NCBI GenBank assembly: GCA_014905635.1
Contig: CM026547.1
Coordinates: 1,922,001-1,986,000, forward strand
Direction of reading: 5' to 3'
DNA length: 64,000 nt
DNA from: Scenedesmus sp. PABB004
Taxonomy: Eukaryota
Shown here: piece after piece, positions 59,752-64,000 of the stretch
Layout of the letters: each line of letters starts with the position of its first letter
Position numbering within the stretch: the stretch's first letter is position 1
Notes under the pieces: model-generated
The model's input: the letters and a program-made list of their open reading frames with translations, nothing else
Told to the model about the DNA's origin: nothing
Databases searched by the model: none
Position numbers and translations under genes: made by a program

Positions 59752-61540
59752 TCAGGAGACCTTCTTGGCGCCAGCCGCCGGCGCGTCGGCGTCTTGGCCG
59801 GCGCCGTCCGGGCGCAGCACGCTGCCGTCGGGCGCCAGCATCGGGCGGGGCAGCGTGGCGTCGTAGCAGTATGCCACCGACGCGGCCAGCCAGGCCAGCG
59901 GCGCATAGAGCAGCGCCTGCCGGCGGGGGCGGCGGCGGGGTGCGTGCGTGGCGCCACGGGCCGGGGCCGGCCGGCGAGCGCGCGCGTGCGCGGCGCCGCA
60001 CCTGCTGCTGCAGGCCCGCCGCGCCGACGGCGGCGGCGGCGCGGCCCGCCAGCGCCGCCCAGGCGGCCCAGCCCCAGTGCAGCACCGCGAGCATGAGCGC
60101 CAGCTCCAGCAGTGTCCAGAACAGCTGCGACGCCTTGAGCACCAGCGGGTAGGGGAACCCCGCGGGCGAGCAGATGTCCAGCGGCGGCAGCTCTGCGCGT
60201 CGGGGCCGCGCGCGGCGGCGGCCTGAGGGCTGGGGGGGCCGCTGCCGCGCGCGCGGCGCCGCGCCCCCGCCGCGGCCTGCGGCGCCGCGGGCGCTCGCGC
60301 GCGGTCACGCGCCGCACCGCTCGGCTCGGCGCTGAAGACCTGGAGCCAGAGCTCGTCCCAGTGCGCGCTGAGGGCGGCGAAGAAGGCGTCAAAGCTGTCG
60401 TAGGCGTCGGTGCGGAGCACGCGCCCGTAGCCCGTCACGCACGTCGCGCCGAAGCGCACGTGGTAGGCCTTCTCGTCCAGCGCCGCCTCCTTGTACGCGC
60501 TCATCACGACCTGGCCCCACCCGCGCGGCCACACCCGGGACGGGCGCGGGGCGAGGCCGGGTGGGCGCGGGGTGGCCGCCCAGCGCGCCCGACGCGCCGC
60601 GGGCGCGGGCGCACCTGCACCGGCATGCGGCGGCTGTACGCGTAGTGCAGCATCCCCCGCTTCAGCGGCAGCGAGCGCGGCAGCCGGCTGCGGTGGCCTG
60701 CGCGCGGGCGCGCGGCGCGGGCGGCGGCGCTCGCGTGCGGCGGCGCGCGACGTGCGCGTGTGGCGGCGGCCGCGTGTGGCGCCGCGCACCCTCGGGGAAG
60801 AGGCAGATGCCGGGCACGGGGCTGGCCGCGATGCAGCGGTCGATCCAGGCGTTGAACGCCTGCGGCCGTGCGCGCGCGTCGTCGGCGCGCTGCCGCGCGG
60901 CGCGGCGGCGGCGGCGAGCGGCCGGCCGCACGCGCGCCTGCTTGTCGGCGATGCTGCCGCGCTTGAACGCGATGCAGCCGCGCAGGCAGGTGACGGGGAT
61001 CATGAACGCGGGGAACGCCGCCATCACGGCCAGCCGGCTCATCAGCTGCCCCCGCCCCTCGGTGAGGTACGCGTCCATGAAAAAGTCCGCCCACGAGCGG
61101 TGGTTGCTCTGCGCCACGCGCCGCCGCCGGCGTGGCCCGGCCGGCCAGCCGGCGCGCGGGCGTGCCCGCGTAGCGGCGCGGCGCCGCAGTGCCGCCCGGC
61201 AGCGCACCAGGTACATGCAGGGCCCGCCACGGTACACCTGCTGCGTGCCGTACTTGCGAAACTTGATGCACATCGCGTGCACCAGGAAGTTGCACCTGCG
61301 CGCGCCCGCGGCGGCGCCGGCGCCGGCAGCGGCAGCGGCGTGTTCGGCTCCCCGTGCGGCCGCCGCGCAGCAGCGCTGGGGCCAGCGCTGGGCCTGCTGC
61401 GCCCCCCACCACTGAAACACGTCGTTGCGGGGGCCGACGAGCTTCCAGGCCTTGATGCAGCAGCAGAGGTTGGACAGCGGCAGGCTCCAGAACATCATAA
61501 ACACCGCCAGCGCAAAGGCCGGCAGCTTAAGGAGCAGCAT
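59752..61540 (-). CDS. ER lysophosphatidic acid acyltransferase (chlorophyte LPAAT2-like), multi-exon
   Basis: NHRSWAD (HxxxxD), FKRG, LFPEG/HRS, LPLKRGML; C-terminal KKVS* (KKxx ER retrieval signal). Confidence 0.85.
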
Positions 61541-61863
61541 GGCGCCGAACGCCGCGGCGGCTGCCTGCCTCGTCCCTCTGACGCGGCGCCGCTGCCTCGT
61601 CCGCTCACGCGGCGCGGCGCATTGCGAGCGGGCGCTGATGGCGCAACGAGCTCTCACCGCTGGAGCCGCGCGGCGCAGTCGCAGCTTCCACACCAGCGCA
61701 AGCGCAAGCACTCAAGCGGTCGCACTCAAACTGGTCGCCGGCGCTGGGCAGCCACGAGTGCCGGCGGCGTCGCGGCGCCGCGGCGCAGGGCGCAGCGCCA
61801 CGCCACCTCCCGCCGCGGCGCGGGCGGCCGCCCACTCGCCTGGCTGGCCGGGCGCCCACCACC

Positions 61864-62662
61864 ATGACGCCGCCGACTGTGGCTGCGGCGGCGCCGTCGA
61901 TCGGTCGGCGAGCGCGCGGCGCCGAGCAGCGGCGCTGCTGCAGCGGGCCGCGCCCGGGCTCGCGGGCCGCGCCCGGGCTCGCATGGCCGCCCCTGTTGCA
62001 GCAGCCCGACCGGCATGCACGCCTCGGTGGCCTCGGCGGCGGGCCTCCGGGCGGCGCCGCTGCCGCGGCGGCGCTCGCGGCGACATGCCTGGCGCTGCTC
62101 GTGGCGCCAGCAGACGGCGCGCGGGCGGAGGCCGCCGCCGCGTCGTGGGCCCCGTGCACGCCGGGCGCGGCGTGCGTGAGCAGCAGCAGCATCGGGTCCC
62201 CCGCGCAGTACGTGCCGCCCTGGAGCTTCGCGCCCGACGCGCCCGACGTCGCGCTCAGGTGTCGTGCGCGGCGGTCGCTGCGCCCACGGCGCCGCGCCCC
62301 ACGGTGCGCACGGCCTCACTCGTGCGTGAGCGCCGCCGCGCAGCCGGCTGCTGCGGCAGCTCGACGACGTGCGCGCACAGGTGGTGGCGGTGGAACGCGT
62401 CGAGGGCAGCGCCTACGTGCTGGCGCGCGTGCCGGCGGGGCGGGGCGTGGACACCGTGCAGCTGCGGCTGCGCCGCGACGGCGTCGTGCTGGCCAAGGCG
62501 GAGGCGAGCATGCGCACGCCGTACCCGCCCGCGTGCCTGCGCCGCGGCTGCGTGAGCGGGCCGCCGGTGCGGGGGCGGCTCGAAGCGCTACGCGATGCAC
62601 TTGGCTGGAGCGTGCTGGAGACGGACGAGGACAAGGCCTGGGTCCAGATCCTGCTGCACTGA
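61864..62662 (+). CDS. DUF1499-like protein, probably thylakoid-lumen targeted
   Basis: Bipartite-like leader ending ARA; PCTPGAACVSS..YVPPWSF; VDTVQL; RGRLEALRDALGW. Confidence 0.6.
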
Positions 62663-62779
62663 GCACGCCAGGTGGGTAGGCCGGCGCCAGGCGCGGCGGC
62701 AGGAGCGGCGCGCGCGCTGGCGTTGCTGGCACGCAGCCGTCGCGCCCCGGCGCTGCGGCGGCAGCGGCGCGGCTCGAGC

Positions 62780-62938
62780 CCGCGCGACGGCCTCGCGCGC
62801 GGTCGGCAGCGGCTCGCGTCCGCGCAGGAGCACGCCGTCGATGTCAAACACGAACGCCGGTGGACGGCTGGAGGTTTGCAGGCCGCGCTGCCGGGCGTGG
62901 GCCAGCAGCGCGCCGGCGGCGCCGTGGAGGTGCCGCAT
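62780..62938 (-). pseudogene. Orphan 5' fragment of a HAD-IIA hydrolase (HDHD5/CECR5-like)
   Basis: MRHLHGAAGALLAHARQRGLQTSS (mitochondrial-like leader) + AFVFDIDGVLLRG..PLPTAREAV; no downstream TNGGG exon found before the convergent DUF1499 gene. Confidence 0.65.
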
Positions 62939-63164
62939 CCGCGGCCTGCCGGCCCCGCTGCCTCACGCGCCGCCGGTTGGAGAGCGTGAGCGTGCTGGCG
63001 TGCCGGAGAGGGGTACAGCGGGGCGGGGGCGCGATCTTGCTGCAACAAGCGCGCCGGCGGCAGCAGCGGCGGGCGGGCGACCCGGCGGCCCGCGCACGCG
63101 GGCGCGGGCAGCAGTCTGGGGGGGCGCGCGAGGTCGGACGAAGAGATGCACCAGGCAAAACGCT

Positions 63165-63238
63165 TGCCCCATACCCGGCTCGAACGGATGACCTTGGCGT
63201 TATTAGCACCACGCTCTAACCAACTGAGCTAATAGGGC
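63165..63238 (-). tRNA. tRNA-Ile(AAT)
   Basis: GCCCTATTAGCTCAGTTGGTTAGAGCGTGGTGCT-AAT-AACGCCAAGGTCATCCGTTCGAGCCGGGTATGGGGCA folds to a cloverleaf; TTTT Pol III terminator at 63157-63160. Confidence 0.95.
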
Positions 63239-63384
63239 GAGACATGCGCAATTCAGGTAATTCATTCATCATATCATACAAACCTCAGAAGGCACTCTTG
63301 ACTTGCATGACGTGTTCTCGCCCATTACCGAAAACCCTGGATGCACGGGAGTAAAATTGAAATCAACTTTAAAACGTTGCTTAC

Positions 63385-64000
63385 GGGGGCGGCGCATCGG
63401 CGAGAACATCCTGGCCGTCCAGCTCCTGCTGCACGCGCTGCCCGCGTCCAGCCGGGCGGCGGCGGCGCTGCTGGACTTCCAAAAGGCCTACGATACAGTG
63501 GATCGCGGCTTCCTCTTTGCCGTGATGCGCGAGATGGGGGTCCCGCCCGATTGCCTGCGCTGGGTCCGGCTGCTCTTGTCGGACACGCGCGCGGTCGCCG
63601 TGGTCAACGGGTTCACGTCGAAGCCCCGCGCGTTCTGCGCGGGCATCCGCCAGGGCTGCCCCCTCTCCCCCCTGTTGTACCTCTTTGCGGGCGAGGCGCT
63701 CCTCCGCTTCCTGCGTGCGCACGACTTTGGCATCACGCTGCCAGGGTCCTCTGCGCTGCTGCCGGGCCCCCGCCTGGTGGCCACGCAGTACGCGGATGAC
63801 ACCCAAGCCTATATTGAGGTGGGCCAGGTCCCCGCCTTCCTGGCGGCCATGGACGACTACGGCGCGGCGTCGGGCCAGCGCCTGAACCGCGCCAAAGCTC
63901 TTGCTCCTCGGCAGCGCCGTCCGGGCGGAGTATGGCGGGCTGCGGCGGCAGCGGCGGGAGCTCCGGCGCGAGCTCGCCGCCGCGGACCACGGCAGCGCGC
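63385..64000 (+). mobile_element. 5'-truncated, frameshifted L1/Tx1-clade non-LTR retrotransposon (RT domain; runs off the window)
   Basis: GRRIGENI, LDFQKAYDTVDR, GIRQGCPLSPLLY, QYADD (63789-63800), GQRLNRAK, then a frameshift near 63895 before KLLLLG. Confidence 0.92.

Noticed and set aside
40820..63238. TFIIIC-like subunit and a tRNA gene in the same window as a Pol III cluster
   Set aside because: They are 20 kb apart with unrelated genes between; co-occurrence is probably chance
63239..63300. CTGA..ATGATGA..CTGA on the minus strand upstream of the tRNA, suggesting a C/D snoRNA
   Set aside because: No convincing 5' box C or terminal stem; adequately explained as an AT-rich Pol III upstream flank
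2..64000. Hundreds of long Ala/Arg/Pro/Gly-rich ORFs in the six-frame track
   Set aside because: Stop codons are rare at this GC content; most are antisense or off-frame shadows of spliced genes

Overview
Very GC-rich, gene-dense, intron-rich eukaryotic nuclear DNA. It is most consistent with a chlorophyte green alga: short GT/GC-AG introns, TGTAA poly(A) signals, plastid transit peptides and algal-type LPAAT2 and CYP711-clan genes. Most long ORFs in the supplied track are GC-content artefacts, so I rebuilt about 28 protein-coding genes, nearly all spliced, by eye from motifs. They are MIF, PTC7-type PP2C, a cupin, a secreted protein, DTWD1, an uncharacterised protein, mTERF-like, Sen1/senataxin, GCK-domain, transaldolase-like, P450, delta-9 desaturase, two UBX proteins, a QIP/Gfd2-like DEDDh exonuclease, DNase II, RPL39, a TFIIIC-beta-like WD40, plastid L3, DCC1-like, a Zn-ribbon membrane protein, an FkbM methyltransferase, a DBH-like monooxygenase, AlkB, GH5 cellulase, a WD40, LPAAT2 and DUF1499. 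There is also a tRNA-Ile(AAT) and a 5'-truncated L1-type retroelement just upstream of it. The most unusual structure is a set of short gene-fragment copies (three DNA-level, intron-containing duplications of neighbouring genes plus one orphan fragment) placed in promoters or UTRs of other genes. One is an ~860-bp inverted duplication ending exactly at the ATG of two different genes. One is a desaturase fragment whose antisense strand supplies the nearest in-frame ATG of DNase II. One is a transaldolase fragment lying antisense in a neighbour's predicted 3' UTR. Gene boundaries are manual and approximate, and no database searches were run.
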